The position numbers were made by a program, and so were the translations under genes. This document shows positions 53,282-62,858 of a DNA stretch of 64,000 nt, one piece after another (the stretch's first letter is position 1; each line of letters starts with the position of its first letter). The stretch is from an uncultured Pseudomonadota bacterium (lineage in GTDB: Bacteria > Oederibacteriota > Muellerivitia > Muellerivitales > Muellerivitaceae). Location of the stretch: positions 644,764 through 708,763 of the forward strand of contig CAVYRH010000004.1 of the NCBI GenBank assembly GCA_963770835.1, given 5' to 3'. The notes under the pieces were generated by a model, which made no database searches, was not told the DNA's origin, and saw nothing but the letters and a program-made list of their open reading frames with translations.

Positions 53282-54096
53282 GGATGGGAAAAAACAGAAA
53301 GACTTGGCCATGGAAAGCGGGAGAAGGATTTGGACGGTTGGAACCGGATGAAATCCACATCCACCTTCTTCGAGCCGGATGCGGGAATTCGCGGTCTTTA
53401 GTTAAGGCCCTCCTTTCTTTTTTGCCGGCCGCGGAACGATGGCGTTACGCGCAGTTTGACTTTGAAGACCAACGGCGGCAGTTTTTGTGGTCCCGGTTAT
53501 TGGCGCGCCTTGTTTTGTCTTCTTCTTTGGACAAGGATATGCGGGATATAACCTTTAGCCATTTGGACAACGGGAAGCCCTTCCTGGAAGATTCGGAAGT
53601 CCAATTCAACCTTTCCCATACGGAAGGTCTTATCGCCTGTTCCGTGGCCCGGCGGAGATTGGGGATCGACGTCGAAAAGATGGCAGGAGGGGAGAAAGAA
53701 GAAAAGCGTTGGAACCTTTTGGCCGAACGTTATTTTTCAGAGGCCGAAAGGGAATTCCTCTTTTCGCGGGATCAAGCTTCGCAATCAGACGCTTTTTTCC
53801 GGATTTTTACAATGAAGGAGGCCAGGGTCAAGGCAAGTGGGGAGGGTTTATCCCTTCTCCGCGCGGATCTTTCAGTCCCTTTACCAACACGGGAAAAATC
53901 GGCTGTTGACTCTTGGGAATACCTCACGAAACGCCTAGAACCGGGCGACATCTTTTTGGCCCATGCCGTGGAAAACCCGAACCTGACGCCGTTGGACTAT
54001 CGGTTTTGGGAATGGGACGAAGTTTCCCTGGGAAACTTTTTAAACAATCGAATTTCGGGTCCATTTGAAGGAATTCATGGCAATCTCTACAGGTAA
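53278..54096 (+). CDS. Sfp-type 4'-phosphopantetheinyl transferase
   Basis: NGKPFL, FNLSHT, LGIDVE, FFRIFTMKEARVKASGEGL. Confidence 0.9.
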   Translation: MRMGKNRKTWPWKAGEGFGRLEPDEIHIHLLRAGCGNSRSLVKALLSFLPAAERWRYAQFDFEDQRRQFLWSRLLARLVLSSSLDKDMRDITFSHLDNGKPFLEDSEVQFNLSHTEGLIACSVARRRLGIDVEKMAGGEKEEKRWNLLAERYFSEAEREFLFSRDQASQSDAFFRIFTMKEARVKASGEGLSLLRADLSVPLPTREKSAVDSWEYLTKRLEPGDIFLAHAVENPNLTPLDYRFWEWDEVSLGNFLNNRISGPFEGIHGNLYR

Positions 54097-55492
54097 AGAT
54101 ACTTTTATCCTCTGTCGTAACAGCCAAGGCACGGAGTTCCGCGCCACGCTTCTTCGATTGACGCGGTACACGGTAGTTTTCGAGGTTTACAACCCCTACA
54201 GCATTCTCCAGCTGTCCGAGGTTTTAACCGACTTCCGCATGATTATGAACGACCGCATGGTTTATTCCGGACGGGCTGTCGTCAGTAACCTCGTTAACAC
54301 CGGTATATTATTGGTTTGCGAATGCACTTTGGAGGACAGCTGGCTGGACGTAGATTTATTTACTTCCATCCACCAAAAAGACAAACTTAAGAACGAATTC
54401 GTAGAATTTTTAAAGGAATGGGATAAGATCCATTTCGTGACCGACAAGTTCAAGGTGGTTACGGCGGATATGCAAACCTTCCTCATGGACATGCGGCGCT
54501 GGCTGGAACAAGTGGAACTCAGTATCCGATCCGAACCCTCGGGCGACCGGAATGAAATCGAACGAGACGCCATTCAGGAATTGAAAAATCCCGTTACGCC
54601 GGCTGTGAGTTCCTTGTTCGAGCGGTTCGAGGAAATATCCATCCATGTGCCAGACGATTTGCAATCAATCCATCGCAACTACAGCCGGCGGCAGATACAT
54701 CCCATTATTCTTTGTTCGCCATTCGTTTACCGTAGTTTCCAAAAGCCATTGGGATACGCCGGGGATTATGAAATGGTGAACATGATGCTGGGGGACCCAT
54801 TGCAGGGAGGCTCCCTCTTCGCCAAGATTGTCAATTTTTGGTTTGTCAACGCCCCGCCTTGCGAGGCTCACCGTAACCGCATTAAGCACTTGGTAGGAAG
54901 GCTGGTGGAGGAAACCGAAAGAGTGGCCAGGGATAAAAAAATTGCCCGCGTTTTAGACATGGCCTGTGGGCCAGCCCGGGAAGTTCAGGAATTCCTGACC
55001 CACGAGGAGATTTGCAACAAAGCCCAATTTGAATTATTGGATTTCAACGATGAAACGCTGGAATTCACCGGAAAGACGCTGGAAGATTTAAAAAAACGAC
55101 ACCACCGGATTACTCCGATCTTCATGAACAAAAAATCAGTTAATCACATCCTCAAGGAAACATTTAAGCCATCGAACCCCTTGCCGGAAGACGCTTATGA
55201 TTTTATTTACTGTGCTGGCCTGTTTGACTACTTGGAAGACCGTATTTGCAAGAAACTCATGGATTATTTTTACGAGCGTTTGGCGCCGGGAGGGCTTTTG
55301 CTGGCCACCAACGTGACCCCTTCCAACCCTTTCAAGAATGTCATGGAAAGCTTCATGGAATGGCATTTGATCTACCGGAATGAACAGCAGATGACAGTTA
55401 TTCAGCCCCAAGCTGCGCCGGAGGAGGCCTGTACAATTCGGACCGAAGTCACAGGCATTAATGTTTTTCTTGAGGTGCGGAAACCCAAATGA
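54077..55492 (+). CDS. phcB: PhcB-like SAM-dependent methyltransferase (fatty-acid methyl-ester signal synthase family)
   Basis: SPFVYRSFQKPLGYAGDYEMVN, EAHRNRI, VLDMACGPAREV, IYCAGLFDYL, FMEWHLIYR; immediately followed by two kinase genes; ATG 54077. Confidence 0.8.
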   Translation: MAISTGKDTFILCRNSQGTEFRATLLRLTRYTVVFEVYNPYSILQLSEVLTDFRMIMNDRMVYSGRAVVSNLVNTGILLVCECTLEDSWLDVDLFTSIHQKDKLKNEFVEFLKEWDKIHFVTDKFKVVTADMQTFLMDMRRWLEQVELSIRSEPSGDRNEIERDAIQELKNPVTPAVSSLFERFEEISIHVPDDLQSIHRNYSRRQIHPIILCSPFVYRSFQKPLGYAGDYEMVNMMLGDPLQGGSLFAKIVNFWFVNAPPCEAHRNRIKHLVGRLVEETERVARDKKIARVLDMACGPAREVQEFLTHEEICNKAQFELLDFNDETLEFTGKTLEDLKKRHHRITPIFMNKKSVNHILKETFKPSNPLPEDAYDFIYCAGLFDYLEDRICKKLMDYFYERLAPGGLLLATNVTPSNPFKNVMESFMEWHLIYRNEQQMTVIQPQAAPEEACTIRTEVTGINVFLEVRKPK

Positions 55493-58161
55493 GCCTAGAT
55501 CTTTTAAAGAGTCAACTCGACATTAAAACGGCCTTCCAGAAATACGATAAAGAGCAAAAATTGCGTCTTTACAAGCTGGCCTGTTGGTTCACGGCCTTCG
55601 GAATGCCAGGGGGGATGTCCCTGGACATGAATATTTATCCCGCTGACGTCCCCCACTTTTTAAAACTTCGCCTTCTTTCTTCAGTGTTGGCGCTTATTCT
55701 CCTGGGATTTTTTTATACTTCACTGGGATTGAGGTATTACCGGATTCTTTGTTTTATCCTTCCCCTGATCCCCCAGGGTTTTATCAGCTGGATGATTTAC
55801 ACCACAGAAGGGTCGGTTTCACCTTATTACGCGGGTTTAAGCCTGATACTTCTGGCTTTTTGCCTGTTGTTACCCTGGAGTTTCCAAGAGACCCTTTTCT
55901 TGTCCCTTGCCACAATCGGTTTTTACCTGGCCGCCTGCTTGGCTCATGGAAACATCTCTTTCCACGGTATCTTTTTCAGCAACCTATATTTCCTGAGCAT
56001 GACCGCCCTTTTCGCCACTATTGGCAGTTATTTCACCAGCCGCCTACGCGTGCGGGAATTCATCGCGCGATTTGAATTGGATCAGAATAAAAGAATGCTC
56101 GAAGAGTCAAATCGTAAATTGGTAGAACTGGACAAAATGAAAAGCCGGTTTTTCGCCAACATCAGCCATGAACTTCGTACTCCCCTCACCCTCCTCATTG
56201 CCCCCTTGGAAACGCTCCAAAGGGAAAAAGGCCATTTGTTCGACGAGGAAACAAGAAACACTTTCAAAATCATGCAGGACAATGCTATGCGGTTATTGAA
56301 GCTCATCAACGACCTTTTGGACTTGGTGAAACTGGAGTCAGGACGCATGGAGGTGCGGAAGGAACCATTAAAGGTGAGAGAATTCATCAAGGGGCTGACC
56401 CTAGCCGTGCAAGGCGCGGCGAAGGACAAGAAAGTCTTGCTTTCCACCCACGTGGACGAAAAGTTGGAGACCATCTTGGCCGATCGGGACAAGTTGGAGA
56501 AGATCATTTTGAACCTGCTTTTTAATTCCGTGAAATTCACTCCGTCAGGGGGAAGAATAGATATTTCGGCTAAAGGGGAGAATGGGTGGTTTTTCCTTCA
56601 GGTGAAGGATACGGGTATGGGCATTTCCGAGGAAAACCTGCCCCACATTTTCGACCGATTCTGGCAGGCGGACTCTTCCGCCCAGCGCAAATACCAGGGA
56701 ACGGGTATCGGTCTTTCCTTGGTCCGGGAACTGGTCGAAGTCCAGGGCGGGACGGTGATGGTCGAAAGCCAGTTGGGGAAGGGCACGACGATGACCGTGA
56801 AAATCCCGCTGGAGAGGGTTCTAGAAGTCCCTCGGGAGAAGGTGGATTCGACCGGCTCACCGGTGGTTGAAGAACCCGCCAAGGCGCAGGTGGCCGAATG
56901 GCTGGAAAAACTCTACCGGAGGGCCGAGCTTTTCCCGGCCATGACGCCAGTGGCCGCCACGTTGCACCAAGATCAGTTTGGAAGAGGCAAAAAACCAAAG
57001 GTTCTTGTTGCGGATGACGAGCCGGACATGCTGAAGTTCTTAAAGTCCCAATTGGAGAAATACTACGAGGTTGTGGAAGCCGTCGATGGAAACCAAGCGG
57101 TTGAAAAAGCCAAACAATTTCTCCCGGACCTCGTTTTACTCGACATGATGATGCCAGGTAAGGACGGCATCCAGGCCTGCCGGGAATTGAAGGAACAGGT
57201 TTCCACAAAATCCATACCCGTCATTCTTTTGACGGCCCGGGCCGATGAGGATACCAAGTTTTCCGCCCTCGATGCAGGGGCAAGCGATTTCTTGACAAAA
57301 CCCTTTTCCACCACCGAATTGCATGTCCGGATTAAAAACTTGATGGAGTCCCACCAATTTCAACGGGATTTGGCCCGTCAAAAAAGTGCACTAGAATCGA
57401 CACTCGAGCAGTTGAAGGAAACGGAAGGACAACTGGTTCAAAACGAAAAGATGGCTTCCCTTGGGCGGCTCAGTGCGGGTATCATCCACGAAATCAACAA
57501 TCCCCTGAATTATGCGGCCCAGGCCCTCTATCTGCTCAAAACTAAAAAAGACCGTATACCGGAAGAGGACCGGGCCAAATACGTTGAAATCGTTTCGGAT
57601 ATCGAAGAGGGAGTGGGAAGGGTCCAACGGATCGTTTCCGACCTTCGAACATTCAGCCACCCGCACATGGGCGGGGGGACGGATCTCATCGAGTTGGAAG
57701 AGGTTGTTTCCACGGCCCTGCGTCTCTTGGGGCATGAGTTGAACGACGGAATTCAATTGGAAGTGAACGTGCCGAAAGAGGAACAGGTTCAAGCGGACCG
57801 GAACAAACTGATCCATGTTCTCGTGAACCTCCTCCAAAACTCGATGGATGCACTCAAAGAAAAAAAATTCGAGGACGGGGAAAAGCCCCTTTTGTCCATC
57901 CGAAGCCAAGCGGACGAAAGCAAGGTATGGGTGAGCATCCAGGACAACGGCACTGGCATCGACCCGGAGAACATGAACAAGATTTTCGATCCCTTCTTTA
58001 CCACCAAGGACGTGGGGCAAGGAATGGGGTTGGGCTTGAGCATCTGCTACCGAATCATGAACGAGCAAGGCGGCAACATCTCGGTCAAGAGTGAAAAAGG
58101 TAAATTCACCGAATTTACCTTGGAATTGCCGGTGAAGGATCCGCCACAAAAGCGTTTTTAA
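55489..58161 (+). CDS. Membrane hybrid histidine kinase TM-HK-REC-HK (PhcS plus PhcR-like fusion)
   Basis: ~6 N-terminal TM helices; FANISHELRTPL, DTGMGI, GTGIGL; VLVADDEPD...LLDMMMP; GIIHEINNPL, DNGTGI, GMGLGL. Confidence 0.9.
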   Translation: MSLDLLKSQLDIKTAFQKYDKEQKLRLYKLACWFTAFGMPGGMSLDMNIYPADVPHFLKLRLLSSVLALILLGFFYTSLGLRYYRILCFILPLIPQGFISWMIYTTEGSVSPYYAGLSLILLAFCLLLPWSFQETLFLSLATIGFYLAACLAHGNISFHGIFFSNLYFLSMTALFATIGSYFTSRLRVREFIARFELDQNKRMLEESNRKLVELDKMKSRFFANISHELRTPLTLLIAPLETLQREKGHLFDEETRNTFKIMQDNAMRLLKLINDLLDLVKLESGRMEVRKEPLKVREFIKGLTLAVQGAAKDKKVLLSTHVDEKLETILADRDKLEKIILNLLFNSVKFTPSGGRIDISAKGENGWFFLQVKDTGMGISEENLPHIFDRFWQADSSAQRKYQGTGIGLSLVRELVEVQGGTVMVESQLGKGTTMTVKIPLERVLEVPREKVDSTGSPVVEEPAKAQVAEWLEKLYRRAELFPAMTPVAATLHQDQFGRGKKPKVLVADDEPDMLKFLKSQLEKYYEVVEAVDGNQAVEKAKQFLPDLVLLDMMMPGKDGIQACRELKEQVSTKSIPVILLTARADEDTKFSALDAGASDFLTKPFSTTELHVRIKNLMESHQFQRDLARQKSALESTLEQLKETEGQLVQNEKMASLGRLSAGIIHEINNPLNYAAQALYLLKTKKDRIPEEDRAKYVEIVSDIEEGVGRVQRIVSDLRTFSHPHMGGGTDLIELEEVVSTALRLLGHELNDGIQLEVNVPKEEQVQADRNKLIHVLVNLLQNSMDALKEKKFEDGEKPLLSIRSQADESKVWVSIQDNGTGIDPENMNKIFDPFFTTKDVGQGMGLGLSICYRIMNEQGGNISVKSEKGKFTEFTLELPVKDPPQKRF

Positions 58162-58171
58162 GGAGACTGTC

Positions 58172-59434
58172 ATGGAATCTTTTTATGACTATAAAAAGTT
58201 TTATATCCTTTACGTGGATGACGAGGAAAAATCCCTTAAGTATTTCCGGGAGACCTTCGGGGAAAAATTCGCTATTTTAACGGCTTCCAACGCGGAGGAA
58301 GGGTTCCGGATTTTAAAGGAACATCAAGACAGGACTGCCGTTTTGCTCACAGACCAGCGCATGCCAGGAGAGAAGGGAATCCAACTCTTAGAAAAGGCAA
58401 GGCAATTGAAACCCCGGATCCTCAGGATTTTGGTAACCGCTTATTCGGACCTGGACACCGCCATCGACTCCGTCAATACGGGTGCCATTTACAAATACGT
58501 GACCAAACCTTGGGACGTGCCCCAGTTGGAAGTTACCTTAAAAAGGGCCGTGGAGTTTTTTATTGTTCAATCCGAGAGGGACCATCTGCTGATGGAAAAA
58601 ATGTCCGTTCTTTATAATGTCATGCTAACCGACCGTATCTTGAGCTTGGGAATCTTGGCAATGGGCCTAAGCCACCATATCCGTAATTCCATGGTAGCGG
58701 TCAAAACTTTCCTCGACTTGACGCCTAAAAAAATGGAAGAAGAAAATCTTAATTTGGAGCAGCTCCGGAATCCTGATTTCTGGAAGGATTACTACCAAAA
58801 GGTTCAGGCCCAGATGGATAAGGTAGTTAACCTCTTGAGCGATTTATGGGGATCCTCAGAAAAACCTATGGTTGATCTTTCCGATAAGGTCCAATTGCGT
58901 CAAGTCGTTGAGGAAGCTCTCGGACAAGTGAGAGAGGATTTGGAAAAAAAGGGAATTACCGCGGAAAATCTCATACCAGCGGCCCTTCCCGAATTAAAGG
59001 TCGAGCGAAAGAAATTCCAACGTTTATTCGAGATGTTGTTAAGGGATGAAGCGGCCACTCTTTCCAAGGGCGGAAAATTGAAGTTTACTGCGGCCACCAT
59101 TGGGCCCAAGGAAGGGCCTGCCGAAATCCAAGTGGAATTGGAGGACAATGGGCCTGAATTGCAACAAGACGCCTTGCGAGCCCTTTTTGACCCGTTTTTT
59201 ACGCGGAGCGGAAGCCCTCAGGAATTCGGTATTTATTTGATGACTTGTTTTTTCATCGTTTATCACCATGGGGGCCGAATCTCCGCCAAAAGTCTAGGAG
59301 GCCGAGGCAACGTTTTCACCCTCACTTTTCCTTTGAATCCCCAGATCAAGACCTCGTTGGCCGAAGAAAAAGATTTTATGAGTAAAATATTGATCAACGA
59401 ATCCTTGTGGGAAAAATTGCTGGCCGGAAGCTAA
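58172..59434 (+). CDS. REC plus degenerate histidine-kinase domain protein (PhcQ-like)
   Basis: ILYVDDE, LLTDQRMPG, VTKPWD; GLSHHIRNSM, DNGPEL, LFDPFFT, G2 box degenerate (EFGIYL). Confidence 0.85.
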   Translation: MESFYDYKKFYILYVDDEEKSLKYFRETFGEKFAILTASNAEEGFRILKEHQDRTAVLLTDQRMPGEKGIQLLEKARQLKPRILRILVTAYSDLDTAIDSVNTGAIYKYVTKPWDVPQLEVTLKRAVEFFIVQSERDHLLMEKMSVLYNVMLTDRILSLGILAMGLSHHIRNSMVAVKTFLDLTPKKMEEENLNLEQLRNPDFWKDYYQKVQAQMDKVVNLLSDLWGSSEKPMVDLSDKVQLRQVVEEALGQVREDLEKKGITAENLIPAALPELKVERKKFQRLFEMLLRDEAATLSKGGKLKFTAATIGPKEGPAEIQVELEDNGPELQQDALRALFDPFFTRSGSPQEFGIYLMTCFFIVYHHGGRISAKSLGGRGNVFTLTFPLNPQIKTSLAEEKDFMSKILINESLWEKLLAGS

Positions 59435-59571
59435 GGATGCTTTGATGTTCCTAGCAGCAGGTCGCGAAACAAACCGTTCGACGGCCTCCTCCATCTTCGC
59501 CACTATTTTCCCGTTTAACCAAATCGATATTCCGGCAATCTTTCGCCTCCAATGGGAATTTTGGTGCGATC

Positions 59572-60705
59572 ATGAATAGGATCAAAATACTTCAAAGCCT
59601 TTACCAGCTGTTTCCGGATAAGGCCCAGGACGATTTTAATTTTTCCTCCGTTGAAAAATTCCTTCAACAAAGTTTTGGTTTGCGAAAGGCATTGTTCCTC
59701 TTTCGAGAAACGGACGGCTTAAAAACGCCGGATGGCAAGAATCCTTTCAAGCCACTAGTGCAAAAAGAAATCTTGAAGCATTTCAAACGGGCTCCCATTC
59801 CGTGGGTTTGCCCACGCACGACACATTTCCCATGGCTTGGTTTCTGGCCAGTGAAGACGGGAGGGAAGTGGATTGGTTGTTACGCTTTGGGAGAAAAGCT
59901 CAATGAGAACGGTTTGAGCGAGGAGGATGCACAATTAATGGAGCTTTTGGCAGACCGGACAGGGTTATACCTGGAGGCGAATCGCCTTTGGGGATTCTTG
60001 GAAAGGGTTGACCGTCAATCCACGCTTGGTTTTCTGTCCGCCGCGATGATCCACGAAATCCGAAATCCCCTTACGGCTTTAAGCGCGCTTGCTCAGTTGT
60101 TGCCTCGCAAGAAAACCGATAGTGTTTTCTTGGAATCCTTTGAAAGGTTGATGCTGCGGGAAACAGCGCGGTTGACCGACTTAACGGAAAATTTTTTGGG
60201 ATTTTTAAAACCCACCGGAAAAGATGCTGTCCGAATCGACTTTACAGGGATGGTGGGACAAACAACGGATCTTTTGAGGCCCCTCTTCGTCATGAAGCGG
60301 GTTCGGTTGAAGGTGAATAATTCGGCGGGACTTTATTTAATGGGCGATGTGAATCAAATCAAAAGCTTGATTTTGAATTTGTCCCAAAATGCTTTTGAGT
60401 CCGCAGGTTCACGGGGAACCGTGGATATTTCAACAACTTGGATGCCCCATTCGGTCCGCGGGTCCGGGCCATGGGTTGAATTTAAAGTAAAAAACAGCGG
60501 AACCGGCATTTTGAAGGAAGACTTGGATAAAGTTTTTACCCCTTACTTTTCAACAAAGGAGAGAGGGACGGGATTGGGGTTGGCCATCTGTCAAAAAATT
60601 GTGGACAATCACCAGGGTGTCATTAAGCCATCCTCCTCAAACCGAAGCACGGTATTTCAAGTGTTTCTTCCCGCCCTTTCCAAAAACATGGGAAAAAGCC
60701 TTTAG
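59572..60705 (+). CDS. Cytoplasmic sensor histidine kinase
   Basis: GAF-like N-terminus; MIHEIRNPL, NLSQNA, NSGTGI, FTPYFSTK, GTGLGL. Confidence 0.88.
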   Translation: MNRIKILQSLYQLFPDKAQDDFNFSSVEKFLQQSFGLRKALFLFRETDGLKTPDGKNPFKPLVQKEILKHFKRAPIPWVCPRTTHFPWLGFWPVKTGGKWIGCYALGEKLNENGLSEEDAQLMELLADRTGLYLEANRLWGFLERVDRQSTLGFLSAAMIHEIRNPLTALSALAQLLPRKKTDSVFLESFERLMLRETARLTDLTENFLGFLKPTGKDAVRIDFTGMVGQTTDLLRPLFVMKRVRLKVNNSAGLYLMGDVNQIKSLILNLSQNAFESAGSRGTVDISTTWMPHSVRGSGPWVEFKVKNSGTGILKEDLDKVFTPYFSTKERGTGLGLAICQKIVDNHQGVIKPSSSNRSTVFQVFLPALSKNMGKSL

Positions 60706-60796
60706 AATCAATACTAAATTCAATTAGAATTTTTCGTACGATTCCTGGTTTTTTGGTATTTTATTAGTGTCCAAGTCGTTAACTTTGGAAGGTTAT

Positions 60797-61381
60797 ATGC
60801 CATTTAAAACCGGTTCAATCCTCATCATGGAGGACGACGTTCCTTTTCGCGACCACTTAAAAGGTATTTGCGCTGGAATTGGCAAACCATGGGTCGTCGG
60901 AAAAACCGAGGATGCCTTGGCCCTGCTCCTCCAGCAGCCTTTTCAACTTTTACTTTTGAACTGGAATTTGATCCAATTGGATCCTTCCGCTTTTGAAATG
61001 GCCATCAACAATTTCCAATCAGGCGCCAACCGAATGGCTTTGTTTAAGTTTCCCAAATTAGTCCCGGTTATTGCGGCTATGAAATCCGGAATGAGTGATG
61101 TCCTTTGGCCGGGTCAGGATACGGAGGCTTTAAAAGAGAAAATTATGGATTCCCTTAATCAAACAAAACCGGCATTGATTACACATTCATTTGTTTCCCA
61201 GTTGGCGGAATCCGTAACCGATAAGGCCATCGAGGAAAAAATTTCCTTTTTCAAAGCCCGGAAAGAATTTTCTAAAACTTTTCTTTATCAAATCATCGGC
61301 CGTCGAAAAATGCGCCGTTCACAATTAGCCGGCCTGATGGGCGTCAGTACCCGCACCTTGCACCGCTATTTGTCGGCCTAA
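60797..61381 (+). CDS. Atypical (pseudo-)receiver with C-terminal Fis-like HTH
   Basis: ILIMEDD; phospho-acceptor position reads LLLLNWN (Asn); C-terminal RSQLAGLMGVSTRTLHRYL. Confidence 0.7.
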   Translation: MPFKTGSILIMEDDVPFRDHLKGICAGIGKPWVVGKTEDALALLLQQPFQLLLLNWNLIQLDPSAFEMAINNFQSGANRMALFKFPKLVPVIAAMKSGMSDVLWPGQDTEALKEKIMDSLNQTKPALITHSFVSQLAESVTDKAIEEKISFFKARKEFSKTFLYQIIGRRKMRRSQLAGLMGVSTRTLHRYLSA

Positions 61382-61570
61382 AACAAAAATAATAGTTCGT
61401 AAAAAATCACTCCAGCCTTCCGTCCCCGTTAAAAAATTTCCTTTTGGGACTTCAAATATTGCTAAATGGTTGGTCTTGAAGAGCGATTGCCTTAATGTTG
61501 CCCATTGTTGGCTGGAAGTCATGGATGGGTTACCGGGTGAAAAAGGTTTGTGGGAAGAAATTTAAAATTT

Positions 61571-62419
61571 TCAACGCAGCAGCCATACGACCACCGAAGC
61601 CGCCAGACAGTAAATGCCAAACCAACCCCAACGACCGCGCGACAACCAGTCGGAAAGCCAGCGAAGCGCCAAGAGGCCAGCCAGAAAACTAAAAAACATT
61701 CCCAAGATCCCCGGCAGGAAGAGACTAGCCGTCTCTCCGAAGGAAAGGCTGAAAAAAGGGTGGGCTTTGAGAAACCGTAGAATTTCCACGCCGAGCGCGA
61801 AGGGCGTCAAGGACACGGCTAGGGCGAAACTGAATTCTTCCGATTTTACTTTTTCCAGTCCCAAGAGAAGACCGGTGGAAATCGTGGCGCCGGAACGGGA
61901 AAAGCCCCGGAAGGGAAGGCAAAGCCCCTGAATAAGGCCGATCAGAATCGATTCCAAAGGGGCTAGGCCCTTCTTCCCATCTGCATTTTTTTCACGGGTG
62001 GAGGCGAATAGGATTAAGAGGCCAACCACACCCAAGGAAAGCGAAATCAAACGCAAGTTTCCGAAGAGAGATTCCACTTCGGCTTTGGGGCCTCCCCTAA
62101 GGACGACTTTTTCTATTAAAAGTTTCAAAACGTAGCCTAGAACAAGCGTCACGACCGTGGCCAAGGCTACCTGGGTCAAGAAAGCCCGGCCTTTGGAAGC
62201 CGATTGGAAATAATGCGCAGTCCAACCATTCCAAAAATAAAAAATCACCGCCAGCATGGTGCCCGTGTGAAGCATGACGAGCAAGAGGGTCATTTCCGGC
62301 AGGGTGGGGTCCAGGCCCATGAGTTTTTCAGCTAGGATGACATGGGCGGAACTGGAAATAGGCAGGAGTTCGGCAAAGCCTTGAACGAGAGCCAAAACAA
62401 CGATTTGCAGAAAGTTCAT
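61571..62419 (-). CDS. uppP: Undecaprenyl-diphosphate phosphatase
   Basis: VQGFAELLPISSSAH, LHTGT, GLIQGLCLPFRGFSRSGATIS, EEFSFALA. Confidence 0.92.
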   Translation of the reverse strand: MNFLQIVVLALVQGFAELLPISSSAHVILAEKLMGLDPTLPEMTLLLVMLHTGTMLAVIFYFWNGWTAHYFQSASKGRAFLTQVALATVVTLVLGYVLKLLIEKVVLRGGPKAEVESLFGNLRLISLSLGVVGLLILFASTREKNADGKKGLAPLESILIGLIQGLCLPFRGFSRSGATISTGLLLGLEKVKSEEFSFALAVSLTPFALGVEILRFLKAHPFFSLSFGETASLFLPGILGMFFSFLAGLLALRWLSDWLSRGRWGWFGIYCLAASVVVWLLR

Positions 62420-62503
62420 AAGCAATCCTTTGGAAGGCCAGAGTAATTTTCGAGGATAAGATAAACCAATGATCCGGGAAAGATCAAAAAAAATTCGGGT
62501 GAA

Positions 62504-62836
62504 TTATTTGTTGTTTTTCTTGCTCGTGGATTTCAGGTAGGCCAGGATGAAATCGCATGTGGCTTCGTCAATTTTGCCCTTTTCCCCCATTCTCGGGACG
62601 ATTTTTTCCCATACCTGTGGTGTTCTTTCGGAGGGGAGGTGTAACTGGTGACAACTGGCGCAATGAGCGGCGTAAAGATGACGCCCCGTCTGCAAGTCCA
62701 TCAAGGTGAGGCCGGGTTGATCGGCTTGAATCCTCGATAAACTCTCATTGGTGGGGCTAGGCAAAAAAGGCACGCAAGCCAAAGGGAGGGCAAGGATTAA
62801 GAACCCTGCCAAGATCGCCTTCCCAAAGAGGTTCAT
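62504..62836 (-). CDS. Lipoprotein monohaem cytochrome c
   Basis: Lipobox LPLA|C; GRHLYAAHCASCHQL, WEKIVPRM; ATG 62836. Confidence 0.8.
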   Translation of the reverse strand: MNLFGKAILAGFLILALPLACVPFLPSPTNESLSRIQADQPGLTLMDLQTGRHLYAAHCASCHQLHLPSERTPQVWEKIVPRMGEKGKIDEATCDFILAYLKSTSKKNNK

Positions 62837-62858
62837 CGAATTTCCTTTTTTAGTTTTC

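Noticed and set aside
49745-54096. Housekeeping fatty-acid synthesis operon
   Set aside because: No fabD, fabH, plsX or enoyl reductase; it includes a CLF-like KS and an Sfp-type PPTase and is coupled to a methyltransferase and kinases.
49745-55492. Aryl-polyene pigment cluster
   Set aside because: KS/CLF/DH/KR are shared, but no acyl-AMP ligase for an aryl starter, glycosyltransferase, acyltransferase or transporter is present in the operon.
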